Below, piece after piece: positions 28,762-37,656 of a stretch of DNA of 64,000 bases (its first letter is position 1; every line of letters begins with the position of its first letter). The notes below the pieces were generated by a model that was not told where the DNA came from, made no database searches, and worked only from the letters and a program-made list of their open reading frames with translations. The stretch covers positions 800,001 through 864,000 of the forward strand of contig JBMNLH010000001.1 in NCBI GenBank assembly GCA_050952625.1, written 5' to 3'. The position numbers were made by a program, and so were the translations under genes. The stretch is from Bacillota bacterium (GTDB lineage: Bacteria; Bacillota; Ch66; Ch109).

Positions 28762-30315
28762 ATGATGCGTTCCATGTTTGCCGGAGTCACCGGCCTGCGA
28801 AATCACCAACTCCGGCTGGACGTAATCGGGGCAAATATTGCCAACGTGAATACCACGGGTTATAAACGGAGCCGGGTCACTTTTCAGGATGCGTTGTATC
28901 AGCAAATACGGGGTGCCTCCCGGCCGCAGGATAACCGGGGCGGGACCAACTCGATGCAGGTCGGGTTAGGGATGAACGTGGGGACCGTCGATATCATTCA
29001 TACCGGCGGCAGTTCGCAGCCGACCGATAAGATTACCGATCTGTGTATCCAGGGCGAGGGTTTTTTTATTACCAATGATGGGGGACGTAATGTCTATACC
29101 CGGGCCGGCACTTTTGATTTTGACGTCAGCGGGAATTATTATAATACCGCTAACGGTCAGCGGGTCATGGGATACATGGCCGATGTGGAAACCGGGGAGA
29201 TTAATTACTCGACCTTAGTGCCGATTGACATCTCCGGACATAGAAGTGTTCCACCCAAAGCCACGGCAAATGTTGAACTGACTGGCAATGTCGATTTAAG
29301 TCACCCGGTCAACCAGTTACCCAAATCAATCACCAAAACGGTCTTTGACTCGCTGGGAGCAGAACACGAATTAAAATTTGATTTTGATAAGGATAATGTG
29401 AATCTAACGGGTAATCTGGATAGAACAACCGGTGACCCTGCTCAGGTATCTGTACCTGTTTGGAATTCTGCGGGTGTTGACGAATCCGTAACCATTGACT
29501 TCGCACTGGTGGGGGGATCAGACAGCCAATGGGTCGCAACTATAACATATCCTGACTCAACGACAACAAATATCACTATTGATTTCAACAACCTGGAGCG
29601 ATTTAGCCTCCCAGTTGAAGTTAGTGGTGAGACGGTTAACGTCACCTTTGACCCAACTAACCTTACCCAGACTATCAGTGGCGGTACCAGTAGCGTAACC
29701 GGATCGGAACACCATGGCCCGGGGGTCTGGAATATTACGACGTACTTTGATGGAGTTGCCCCGGCAGCCCCGACATCCTCTAACCCGATCCAGTTTGACA
29801 GCAAAGGCCAAATAATTGATCCCTTAAATATTACGGTGCAGGCCACTGGTTTAGCCAACAAAGCGGATGATATGAACATTGCAGTTGATTTAAGCCAACT
29901 GACCCAGTACGAAGCGGAATGGACCGCCTGGCCGGAGACTCAGGATGGTTACGCATCGGGAGATCTGCGGAGTTTTACAATCGATATTACCGGGACAATC
30001 ATGGGGAGCTACTCCAATGGGGAGACCAAAGCCCTGGGCCAGGTAGCCTTAGCCACTTTTCAAAATCCAGCCGGCCTGTTGCCGTTAGGGCAAAACCAAT
30101 TTGATGAATCAGCTAACTCAGGCCCCCCGGATATTGGCGAACCTGGAGTAAAAGCGCGCGGGACGATTATTCCCAGTTCTTTAGAGATGTCCAATGTCGA
30201 TCTTTCGCAGGAGTTTACCGACATGATTACCACGCAGCGGGGATTCCAAGCCAATTCCCGGATCATTACGGCCTCAGATGAGATGTTGCAGGAATTAGTT
30301 AATTTAAAACGTTGA
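28762..30315 (+). CDS. flgE: Flagellar hook protein FlgE
   Basis: MMRSMFAGVTGL...IGANIANVNTTGYK, YTRAGTF, LEMSNVDLSQEFTDMITTQRGFQANSRII. Confidence 0.96.
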   Translation: MMRSMFAGVTGLRNHQLRLDVIGANIANVNTTGYKRSRVTFQDALYQQIRGASRPQDNRGGTNSMQVGLGMNVGTVDIIHTGGSSQPTDKITDLCIQGEGFFITNDGGRNVYTRAGTFDFDVSGNYYNTANGQRVMGYMADVETGEINYSTLVPIDISGHRSVPPKATANVELTGNVDLSHPVNQLPKSITKTVFDSLGAEHELKFDFDKDNVNLTGNLDRTTGDPAQVSVPVWNSAGVDESVTIDFALVGGSDSQWVATITYPDSTTTNITIDFNNLERFSLPVEVSGETVNVTFDPTNLTQTISGGTSSVTGSEHHGPGVWNITTYFDGVAPAAPTSSNPIQFDSKGQIIDPLNITVQATGLANKADDMNIAVDLSQLTQYEAEWTAWPETQDGYASGDLRSFTIDITGTIMGSYSNGETKALGQVALATFQNPAGLLPLGQNQFDESANSGPPDIGEPGVKARGTIIPSSLEMSNVDLSQEFTDMITTQRGFQANSRIITASDEMLQELVNLKR

Positions 30316-30370
30316 TTTAGTCTTTATTCTATCTAACTAAAAGCATATAAGCTAGGAAGCGCATAACGGC

Positions 30371-30410
30371 GATGAGCCGTGGCGGTCCAGCTCGACCGGC
30401 ATGGCTCATC
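30371..30410 (+). other. Long GC-rich hairpin between flgE and flbD (no U-tract)
   Basis: GATGAGCCGTG-G-CGGTC-CAGCTC-GACCG-G-CATGGCTCATC: 16 bp with one G.G mismatch. Confidence 0.7.
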
Positions 30411-30435
30411 ACCCCACACGAGTGGAGGAGTATTC

Positions 30436-30633
30436 TTGATCAAGGTAACTAGGCTGAATGGTACTGAATTGGTGATAAATAGTGATTTAATTGAGTCAAT
30501 GGAGCAAACGCCAGACACGGTGATTACCTTGACTAATGGGCATAGGCTGGTGGTTAAGGAAAGCGTTGACGAGTTGATCAATCGGGTTGTTCAATTTAGG
30601 CAGGCTTGTTTGAAACATGTGTTAATTCGGTAA
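30436..30633 (+). CDS. flbD: Flagellar protein FlbD (SwrD family)
   Basis: MIKVTRLNG...INSDLIESMEQTPDTVITLTNG; TTG after GGAGGAG. Confidence 0.92.
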   Translation: MIKVTRLNGTELVINSDLIESMEQTPDTVITLTNGHRLVVKESVDELINRVVQFRQACLKHVLIR

Positions 30634-30720
30634 TTTGGAGTCTTGATTCAGGTAAAAATGGCTATTGGCGAGATAGGTTGGAACCGGCAAGACATTGAGG
30701 AAATTGAGGAGGAGTAAAGG

Positions 30721-31185
30721 TTGGCCGAGGAGCAGGTGAAAAAGAGTGGACTATTTGATCTAAAATTGGTAGCATTAGGTTTAGTGCTATTCATTTTAGG
30801 TGGTGCTCTGACTTTTGGGCTATCAGTTATTCTTTTTGGGGACGATTCAACTCTAGCTAATAAAGGGCCTGAAGAGGTTATCCATGGACCTCTGGTTGAG
30901 GTGGGAGAGTTTACCGTCAATATTGCGAATCCTGAAGGAAAACGCTTCTTAAAAACCGAGATCCATCTGGAAGTTAAGAACGCGGAAGTTCAAAAGTTAA
31001 TCGAGCCGAAAAAGCCAATTATTCGGGATAAGATTTTAACGGTTTTATCCAGCAAAACCATTACTGATCTCGAAGTTTATAATCGGGATAATTTAAAACA
31101 AGAATTACTCAATCAAGTGAACAGCGTTTTGGGGGGAGAAAAACCAGTTCAAAACATTTATTTTGATACATTTATCATGCAATAA
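30721..31185 (+). CDS. fliL: Flagellar basal-body associated protein FliL
   Basis: N-terminal TM, EFTVNI, IRDKILTVLSSKT, IYFDTFIMQ. Confidence 0.93.
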   Translation: MAEEQVKKSGLFDLKLVALGLVLFILGGALTFGLSVILFGDDSTLANKGPEEVIHGPLVEVGEFTVNIANPEGKRFLKTEIHLEVKNAEVQKLIEPKKPIIRDKILTVLSSKTITDLEVYNRDNLKQELLNQVNSVLGGEKPVQNIYFDTFIMQ

Positions 31186-31393
31186 CAATTTTAATACAAT
31201 TTTAGTAAAATCATACGGCTTAAAACCTATCTATACCACACCATGCTAGTAGGAACGTTTTGCCAAAACTAATTATCGGCAAGGATTTATATTTAATTAA
31301 TTTTTATAGGAAAACAACAAAAGTATCTGATAAATTCTTTGCAGTCGAGCAAAAAGGAATTTAACGTTTTTGTTTATAAGAGGGGGTAGGCGG

Positions 31394-32395
31394 TTGAGTG
31401 AGGTCTTATCACAATCAGAAATAGATGCATTACTGGCTGCCTTGACTTCTGGATCGGTCAATGTAGAAGATCTAAAAGAAGAGGAAAAAAAGAAAAAGGT
31501 TCGGGTTTATGACTTTAAGCGGCCAAATAAGTTTTCTAAAGATCAGTTAAATACCTTAAGTAATATCTATGAAAACTACTGTCGGGCCTTAAATACACAT
31601 TTATCAGCTTTACTCCGAACAATAGTTCAGGTAAATCTTATGTCTGTCGAACAGTTAACCTATGATGAATTTACCCGCTCAATCCCCGATCCATCGATCA
31701 TTAATATTATTAGCTTAAATCCCCTGCCAGGGAACGCAATCATGGAGATTAATCCTAATATTAGTTTTATTATGCTTGATCGATTATTAGGGGGAATAGG
31801 GCAGGGACTTGAAAGCCTTCGAACATTAACGGAAATTGAGCGGACAGTTATGGAATTGCTCGGTCAAAAAATGGTGAATTTGTTTCGTGAGGCTTGGTCA
31901 ACCATTATTTCTTTATCCCCACGGATTGAGTTTATAGAAAATAACCCGCAGTTCGCGCAAATAACCTCAGCGACTGAAATGGTAGTCTTAATTTCTCTCG
32001 AAACGAGGATTTTTGAAAGAGTCGGGATGATTAATATCTGTATTCCATATATAACTTTAGAGCCTATTATATCTAAGTTGAGTGTCCAGTTCTGGTACTC
32101 AAGTGCGCGAAAGGAGCAGACCCCGGAAAATTTTATTGGATTGCGCAAACGGATAGAAACAGCTCTTGTCCCGGTTAAGGTAGTATTAGGCCGTACCAGA
32201 GTTACTTTAGCCGAATTATTAGAACTACAGCTAGGCGATGTAATTGCTCTGGATACCCGGGTTGATCAGGAACTGGAGGTGGTAGTTGGCCCTCAGACCA
32301 AGTTTACTGGTCGTCCCGGTTTAATCGGTAATAGACTGGGAGTTCAAATAACGTCCCAAGTCCGGAATGATGATGGGGAGGACGAAAATGAGTAG
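31394..32395 (+). CDS. fliM: Flagellar motor switch protein FliM
   Basis: EVLSQSEIDALL, VYDFKRPNKFSKDQL, GMINICIPY. Confidence 0.96.
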   Translation: MSEVLSQSEIDALLAALTSGSVNVEDLKEEEKKKKVRVYDFKRPNKFSKDQLNTLSNIYENYCRALNTHLSALLRTIVQVNLMSVEQLTYDEFTRSIPDPSIINIISLNPLPGNAIMEINPNISFIMLDRLLGGIGQGLESLRTLTEIERTVMELLGQKMVNLFREAWSTIISLSPRIEFIENNPQFAQITSATEMVVLISLETRIFERVGMINICIPYITLEPIISKLSVQFWYSSARKEQTPENFIGLRKRIETALVPVKVVLGRTRVTLAELLELQLGDVIALDTRVDQELEVVVGPQTKFTGRPGLIGNRLGVQITSQVRNDDGEDENE

Positions 32396-33572
32396 TGGAA
32401 TTTTATCTCAAGAAGAGATCGATGCCTTATTACGAGGCGAACCAGCATCGATAAATAAAGAATCTGATTCAGAGGACTTAGATGAAAAATTATCAGACAT
32501 GGAAATAGATGCTATTGGGGAAATAAGCAATATTGGGATGGGTACTGCGGCAACCACCCTCTCGACACTTTTGGGCAAGCGGGTGTCGATCACCACGCCT
32601 AGGGTAAAGCAGATTACCCGGCATCAATTGATAACGGAGCACGTTGTTCCCTATGTGATCATAACTGTTCGATACACTCAGGGGGTTGAAGGTGCTAATC
32701 TCCTAGTCATGAAGGTTGTGGATGCTGCGGTTATAGCTGATTTGATGATGGGTAATGATGGTGCTAATCCACCCGCTGAACTGGATGAAATAATGCTCAG
32801 TGCCGTAGGAGAAGCCATGAATCAAATGATGGGTTCAACTACTACATCGCTATCGACCATGTTTAATAAACGAATTGACATCTCTCCACCTAGCTTAGAA
32901 GTTATTCAATTCTCAGATACTCGTTTCAATAGCCAAATGGACGAGCCCTTTGACAATCTGATCAAGATATCCTTCCGGATGGTGATAGAAGATTTAGTCG
33001 ATAGTGAAATAATGCAGCTTATTCCAGTGATTTACGCTAAAGACATGGTTGAAACCTTACTTGGTAAAATGAATGAAGAAATTGTATCAGCTGATCCAGG
33101 CCCCATCCCTGAAAGGCCTGAACCATCCGGAGCTGCTGAAACCGGCCCTCTGCCGACGGCTTCTACTGTACCGGTTACTCCGGCCAAAGAGATTCCAGTG
33201 GCTCCACCTTCTTTACAGCCTAGTGTTATGGAACAAGTGTCGTCTAAACCAAGTGTACCAGTTCAACCGGTACAGTTTGCTCCCTTAACTCCGAATATCG
33301 AGAGTAAGGAAATGGGTAATATCAGTTTACTAATGGATGTTCCATTAGAGATATCTGTGGAACTGGGCCGGACCCGCAAAACAATTAAGCAAATTTTAGA
33401 TTTAGGTCAAGGTTCAATAATTCAGCTTGATCGATTAGCTGGTGAACCGGTAGATCTTTTGGTAAATGGAAAATTAGTAGCTAAAGGTGAAGTTGTAGTA
33501 ATAGATGAAAATTTTGGCATCAGAGTTACGTCTATTGTTAGTCGAGTTGAACGGTTAGGCAATCTACAATAA
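32388..33572 (+). CDS. fliY: Flagellar switch phosphatase FliY (CheC-like plus FliN domains)
   Basis: LSQEEIDALL, EISNIGMG and EAMNQMMG phosphatase motifs, C-terminal DVPLEISVELGR...GEVVVIDENFG. Confidence 0.95.
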   Translation: MSSGILSQEEIDALLRGEPASINKESDSEDLDEKLSDMEIDAIGEISNIGMGTAATTLSTLLGKRVSITTPRVKQITRHQLITEHVVPYVIITVRYTQGVEGANLLVMKVVDAAVIADLMMGNDGANPPAELDEIMLSAVGEAMNQMMGSTTTSLSTMFNKRIDISPPSLEVIQFSDTRFNSQMDEPFDNLIKISFRMVIEDLVDSEIMQLIPVIYAKDMVETLLGKMNEEIVSADPGPIPERPEPSGAAETGPLPTASTVPVTPAKEIPVAPPSLQPSVMEQVSSKPSVPVQPVQFAPLTPNIESKEMGNISLLMDVPLEISVELGRTRKTIKQILDLGQGSIIQLDRLAGEPVDLLVNGKLVAKGEVVVIDENFGIRVTSIVSRVERLGNLQ

Positions 33573-33592
33573 CTTGAAGGAGAGATACTTGA

Positions 33593-33955
33593 ATGGGAAA
33601 AAGAATATTAGTCGTGGACGATGCAGCCTTCATGCGAATGATGATTAAAGATATTTTAACTAAAAACGGTTATACGATAGTCGGGGAAGCAGAGAATGGC
33701 CTGGTGGCGATAGAACGTTTTCTGGAACTGCGTCCTGACCTGGTAACAATGGATATCACCATGCCTGAACTTGATGGAATTAGTGCTGTTCGTGAGATCA
33801 GAAAGATTGATCCCCAAGCCAAAATAATTATCTGTAGTGCGATGGGTCAGCAAGCAATGGTTATTGATGCCATCCAAGCGGGTGCGCGTGATTTTGTCGT
33901 TAAACCATTTCAACCCGAACGGGTTTTAGAGGCTATCGGTAAGGCACTGGGTTAA
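33593..33955 (+). CDS. cheY: Chemotaxis response regulator CheY
   Basis: VDDAAFMRMM, DLVTMDITMP, CSAMGQ, KPF. Confidence 0.96.
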   Translation: MGKRILVVDDAAFMRMMIKDILTKNGYTIVGEAENGLVAIERFLELRPDLVTMDITMPELDGISAVREIRKIDPQAKIIICSAMGQQAMVIDAIQAGARDFVVKPFQPERVLEAIGKALG

Positions 33956-34599
33956 TGGAAGGCTGTCCAATGATCAGTAACTCTATTCGAATTCATTGGC
34001 TAAGATTTTTGCTTGTTAGCGTTATACTAGCCGGAGCATTAATAATCGGATTGGTGAATGCTGCTCAAGCAACATCAACTGATGAGAATCAGATAATTAA
34101 TTTGCCAGAATATCAAGAGCCTCAGGTGCAAGAACCCCCAGGTGTCGGGGGTCTCCTATTTAAAATACTGGTCAGCGTCTTAGTTATAGTCATACTTAGT
34201 TATGGTTTGATTCGTTTTTTTGGTAAAGGCTTCAAATTGCAAGGAGGAACTTGGATTAATATTCTTGATCATGTGTCATTAGGGCCAAACCGAGGGATTT
34301 ATTTGGTTGATATTGGGGGTAAAGTTTTGGTGCTGGGGATAACTGATCATAATATGGTAAAGATAATGGAAATCGAAGATGATGTAACAATTGCCGAAAT
34401 GAGACTATACCAGAGCAACTTAGATGATTCGGCGGTTAGGAAATGGAAACGACGGATAAACCGTTTTCGTTCATCGTCTAACAATCACCCAAGCATTGAC
34501 ACTCAAGATCAGCTTAAACAACGACTCGATTTTCATTCCGCCATCGAAGAACAGTTGAATCGGATGCAGGGTCTCTATAAGGATGATCGGCATGAATAA
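33955..34599 (+). CDS. fliO: Flagellar biosynthesis protein FliO/FliZ
   Basis: TM segments followed by LGPNRGIYLVDIGGKVLVLGIT; located between cheY and fliP. Confidence 0.85.
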   Translation: MEGCPMISNSIRIHWLRFLLVSVILAGALIIGLVNAAQATSTDENQIINLPEYQEPQVQEPPGVGGLLFKILVSVLVIVILSYGLIRFFGKGFKLQGGTWINILDHVSLGPNRGIYLVDIGGKVLVLGITDHNMVKIMEIEDDVTIAEMRLYQSNLDDSAVRKWKRRINRFRSSSNNHPSIDTQDQLKQRLDFHSAIEEQLNRMQGLYKDDRHE

Positions 34600-35362
34600 G
34601 GTACCTAAGAAACGTTGCGTGCTTGTGCTCTTTGTGGTAACAGTTGTTAGTTTATTTGGGCTAGTTCATCCGGTTCAGGCTGAACCGTTTCCTTTTCCTC
34701 AGATTAGTCTGGGGATTGAAGGAGCGGAAGAACCTCTTGAAGTAGCGCAGAGTCTCCAGATCCTGTTTATACTGACCATACTTTCCTTGGCCCCGGCAAT
34801 TCTGGTGATGATGACTTCTTTTACGCGCATTATTGTGGTATTGTCATTTGTGCGCAGTGCCTTGGGAATTCAGCAGATGCCTCCCAATCAAATACTGATT
34901 GGGTTAGCTTTGTTTTTAACTTTGTTTGTTATGGCCCCTACCTGGCAAGAGATTAATCAAGAAGCTTTACAACCTTATTTAGCCGGCAACATGAGTCAAA
35001 CTAATTTTCTGCAGAAAGGCATGGAACCAGTTAGAAGCTTTATGTTTAAGCAGACTAGGGAGAAGGATCTAGCCCTTTTCGTTAATCTAGCTCAATTACC
35101 TAGACCTCAAACTTACTCAGATATTCCAAACCATGTCCTTATTCCAGCTTTTATAATTAGCGAACTCAAAACTGCTTTCCAAATCGGTTTTATTATTTTT
35201 ATACCCTTCCTAGTAATCGATATGGTAGTTGCTAGTGCCTTGATGTCAATGGGGATGTTAATGCTTCCGCCCATGATGATATCACTGCCCTTCAAAATTC
35301 TCTTGTTTGTTCTGGTAGATGGCTGGAATCTGTTGGTACGATCATTGGTTCTTAGTTTTTAA
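34592..35362 (+). CDS. fliP: Flagellar export pore protein FliP
   Basis: MTSFTRIIVVL, PPNQILIGLALFLT, PAFIISELKTAF, LPFKILLFVLVDGW. Confidence 0.97.
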   Translation: MNKVPKKRCVLVLFVVTVVSLFGLVHPVQAEPFPFPQISLGIEGAEEPLEVAQSLQILFILTILSLAPAILVMMTSFTRIIVVLSFVRSALGIQQMPPNQILIGLALFLTLFVMAPTWQEINQEALQPYLAGNMSQTNFLQKGMEPVRSFMFKQTREKDLALFVNLAQLPRPQTYSDIPNHVLIPAFIISELKTAFQIGFIIFIPFLVIDMVVASALMSMGMLMLPPMMISLPFKILLFVLVDGWNLLVRSLVLSF

Positions 35363-35420
35363 TCGGGCAGCCTTAAGAATCCGACTGGTCAATAAGGTTT
35401 TTCATTAAGGGGGAACCGAA

Positions 35421-35696
35421 GTGGCAGAGGAATTTATCATGTATCTAACCAAAGAAGCCCTTTACACCACCTTATTGTTGGCTGCTCCAATCCTTATCGG
35501 CAGTTTGTTGGTGGGTCTGCTGTTTAGTATTTTTCAGGCAACCACTCAGATTCAAGAGCAGACCTTGGCCTTTGTTCCCAAAATTATTGCGGTGATGATC
35601 ATAATAGTTTTTTTTGGGCCGTGGATGCTTAAAATACTAAATATCTTTGCGACAAATCTGTTTGCCAATTTACATAACTACACTTTTATTCATTAG
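35421..35696 (+). CDS. fliQ: Flagellar export protein FliQ
   Basis: FQATTQIQEQTLAFVPKI. Confidence 0.97.
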   Translation: MAEEFIMYLTKEALYTTLLLAAPILIGSLLVGLLFSIFQATTQIQEQTLAFVPKIIAVMIIIVFFGPWMLKILNIFATNLFANLHNYTFIH

Positions 35697-35699
35697 GCT

Positions 35700-36488
35700 T
35701 TGACTATGGATGCTATTGGACTTTTTCTTAGCAAACTTGACTTATTTCTATTGGTATTGGCCCGAGTCAGCGGTGTATTTCAGATGGCCCCAGTTTTTTC
35801 AGGACAGAGGACCCCTCTTACTATACGGGCTGGTCTGGCGGCACTGGTCTCTATATTGGTAGTTATGGTCCTGCCCATAGCTTCAGATCAGATCCCACGT
35901 GACTTGCCTTCTTTTGTGATTAGCTTGGCTGGTGAGTTTATTCTAGGTTTTGCAATTGGTTACATAATTCATTTGGTTTTTGTAGCAGTGCAGGTAGCCG
36001 GTCAGTTCATTGATATGCAGATGGGTTTTGGCATTGTTAATGTTATGGATCCTCAAAGCGGCATTCAGATGCCGTTGCTAGGTAATTTTTTGTACATAAT
36101 TGCTTTGTTAGTCTTTTTGGGTATGAACGGACATCATTTAATCCTCTCGGCACTAGTTAATAGTTACGATTTTGTGCCTATTTTTGGTGTAGTTTATACA
36201 GGAGAAGTAACGGCCTTAATTGTCTCTCTTTTTTGTGGCATGTTTTTTACAGCGATGAAAATTGCCGTTCCGCTGGTGACCACTTTATTTGTGACTGACG
36301 TTGCTTTAGGTTTGGTAGCGCGAACCGTGCCCCAAATGAATGTGTTTATTGTTGGTCTTCCTTTAAAAATATTAGTTGGGCTGGCTATTTTAACTACAAT
36401 AATGACACTTTATGTCTGGATGTTAGGAGTATTGTTTACCCAAATCTTTGAAAATGTAGATCTGTTTTTGAGAATCCTGGCCAATTAA
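35700..36488 (+). CDS. fliR: Flagellar export protein FliR
   Basis: AGQFIDMQMGF, DP, NGHHL, RTVPQMNVFIVGLP. Confidence 0.96.
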   Translation: MTMDAIGLFLSKLDLFLLVLARVSGVFQMAPVFSGQRTPLTIRAGLAALVSILVVMVLPIASDQIPRDLPSFVISLAGEFILGFAIGYIIHLVFVAVQVAGQFIDMQMGFGIVNVMDPQSGIQMPLLGNFLYIIALLVFLGMNGHHLILSALVNSYDFVPIFGVVYTGEVTALIVSLFCGMFFTAMKIAVPLVTTLFVTDVALGLVARTVPQMNVFIVGLPLKILVGLAILTTIMTLYVWMLGVLFTQIFENVDLFLRILAN

Positions 36489-36510
36489 AAGATGCCTGAT
36501 TCCAGTTAAG

Positions 36511-37626
36511 GTGAAGAGAATGCCTGATTTTTTGACTTGGGGTAACTCGCGTCCCCTGAATTTACAGATGTTTGCCGGGGAGAAGACGGAAAAGGCTACC
36601 CCACGCAAACGACAGGAAGCCCGGAAAAAGGGTCAAGTATTAAAGAGTACTGAACTTAACTCAGCCTTGATACTTTTATTAACCTTCTTAGCTGTGTATT
36701 TATACCTGCCTTATATGTGGCAGGCAATTATAGATTTTACCGAGAAAGCCTATTTTGAGTATACCCGGGTAAGTCTGACGCCGGAATTCTTATCCAGCCT
36801 TATTGTTGAGTGCATTTTGCTAATCCTCCGGATGGTTTTACCGGTTGTCGCGGTTGCCATGATAGCCGGGATTACTGCTAATTATATCCAAGTAGGCTTT
36901 TTATTTACAACTGAAACCTTAAAAATTAAATTTGATCGTCTTAATCCACTAGAAGGATTTAAAAGGATATTTTCAAAACGAGCAATAGTAGAGTTGCTTA
37001 AATCCCTCTGGAAAGTTACTGCAGTTGGGTTTGTGACCTACTCAGTGGTATCGAATCATCTGAACCTTTTTCCGCAGTTAATTGACGCTGAACTATTCGG
37101 AGTTATCAGTTTTTTAAACAATCTGATTTTTAGTATTGCATGGCGAGTAGGCCTATTATTATTTGTCCTGGCCATTATTGATTACAGTTTCCAGTGGTGG
37201 GAGCATGAAAAAAATTTAAAAATGAGTAAACAAGAAATTAAGGATGAATACAAACAAATAGAGGGGGACCCTCAGGTCAGAGCTAGAATTAAAGAAAGGC
37301 AAAGACAGATGGCGATGCGACGCATGATGAGTCAGGTTCCGCAAGCGGATGTGGTGATCACTAACCCGACCCATTTTGCAGTCGCCTTAATCTATAAATC
37401 AGCTGAGATGACTTCACCAATCGTGGTGGCTAAGGGCCAGGATCTGATTGCGAAAAGAATACGAGAAATTGCTCAGGAACATGGGGTTGTAATTGTCGAA
37501 AACAAACCCCTGGCCCAGACTCTCTATCGGTCAGTGGAAATTGGACAGCAAATTCCCGCCGAGTTATATCAGGCAGTAGCCGAGGTACTGGCTTATGTAT
37601 ATCGTCTTAGACGCAGAGCATTTTAA
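36511..37626 (+). CDS. flhB: Flagellar export switch protein FlhB
   Basis: EKTEKATPRKRQEARKKGQV, EGDPQV, NPTH autocleavage motif. Confidence 0.97.
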   Translation: MKRMPDFLTWGNSRPLNLQMFAGEKTEKATPRKRQEARKKGQVLKSTELNSALILLLTFLAVYLYLPYMWQAIIDFTEKAYFEYTRVSLTPEFLSSLIVECILLILRMVLPVVAVAMIAGITANYIQVGFLFTTETLKIKFDRLNPLEGFKRIFSKRAIVELLKSLWKVTAVGFVTYSVVSNHLNLFPQLIDAELFGVISFLNNLIFSIAWRVGLLLFVLAIIDYSFQWWEHEKNLKMSKQEIKDEYKQIEGDPQVRARIKERQRQMAMRRMMSQVPQADVVITNPTHFAVALIYKSAEMTSPIVVAKGQDLIAKRIREIAQEHGVVIVENKPLAQTLYRSVEIGQQIPAELYQAVAEVLAYVYRLRRRAF

Positions 37627-37656
37627 TTTTATTAGTTATAAAGGAGGCCTGGAGGT

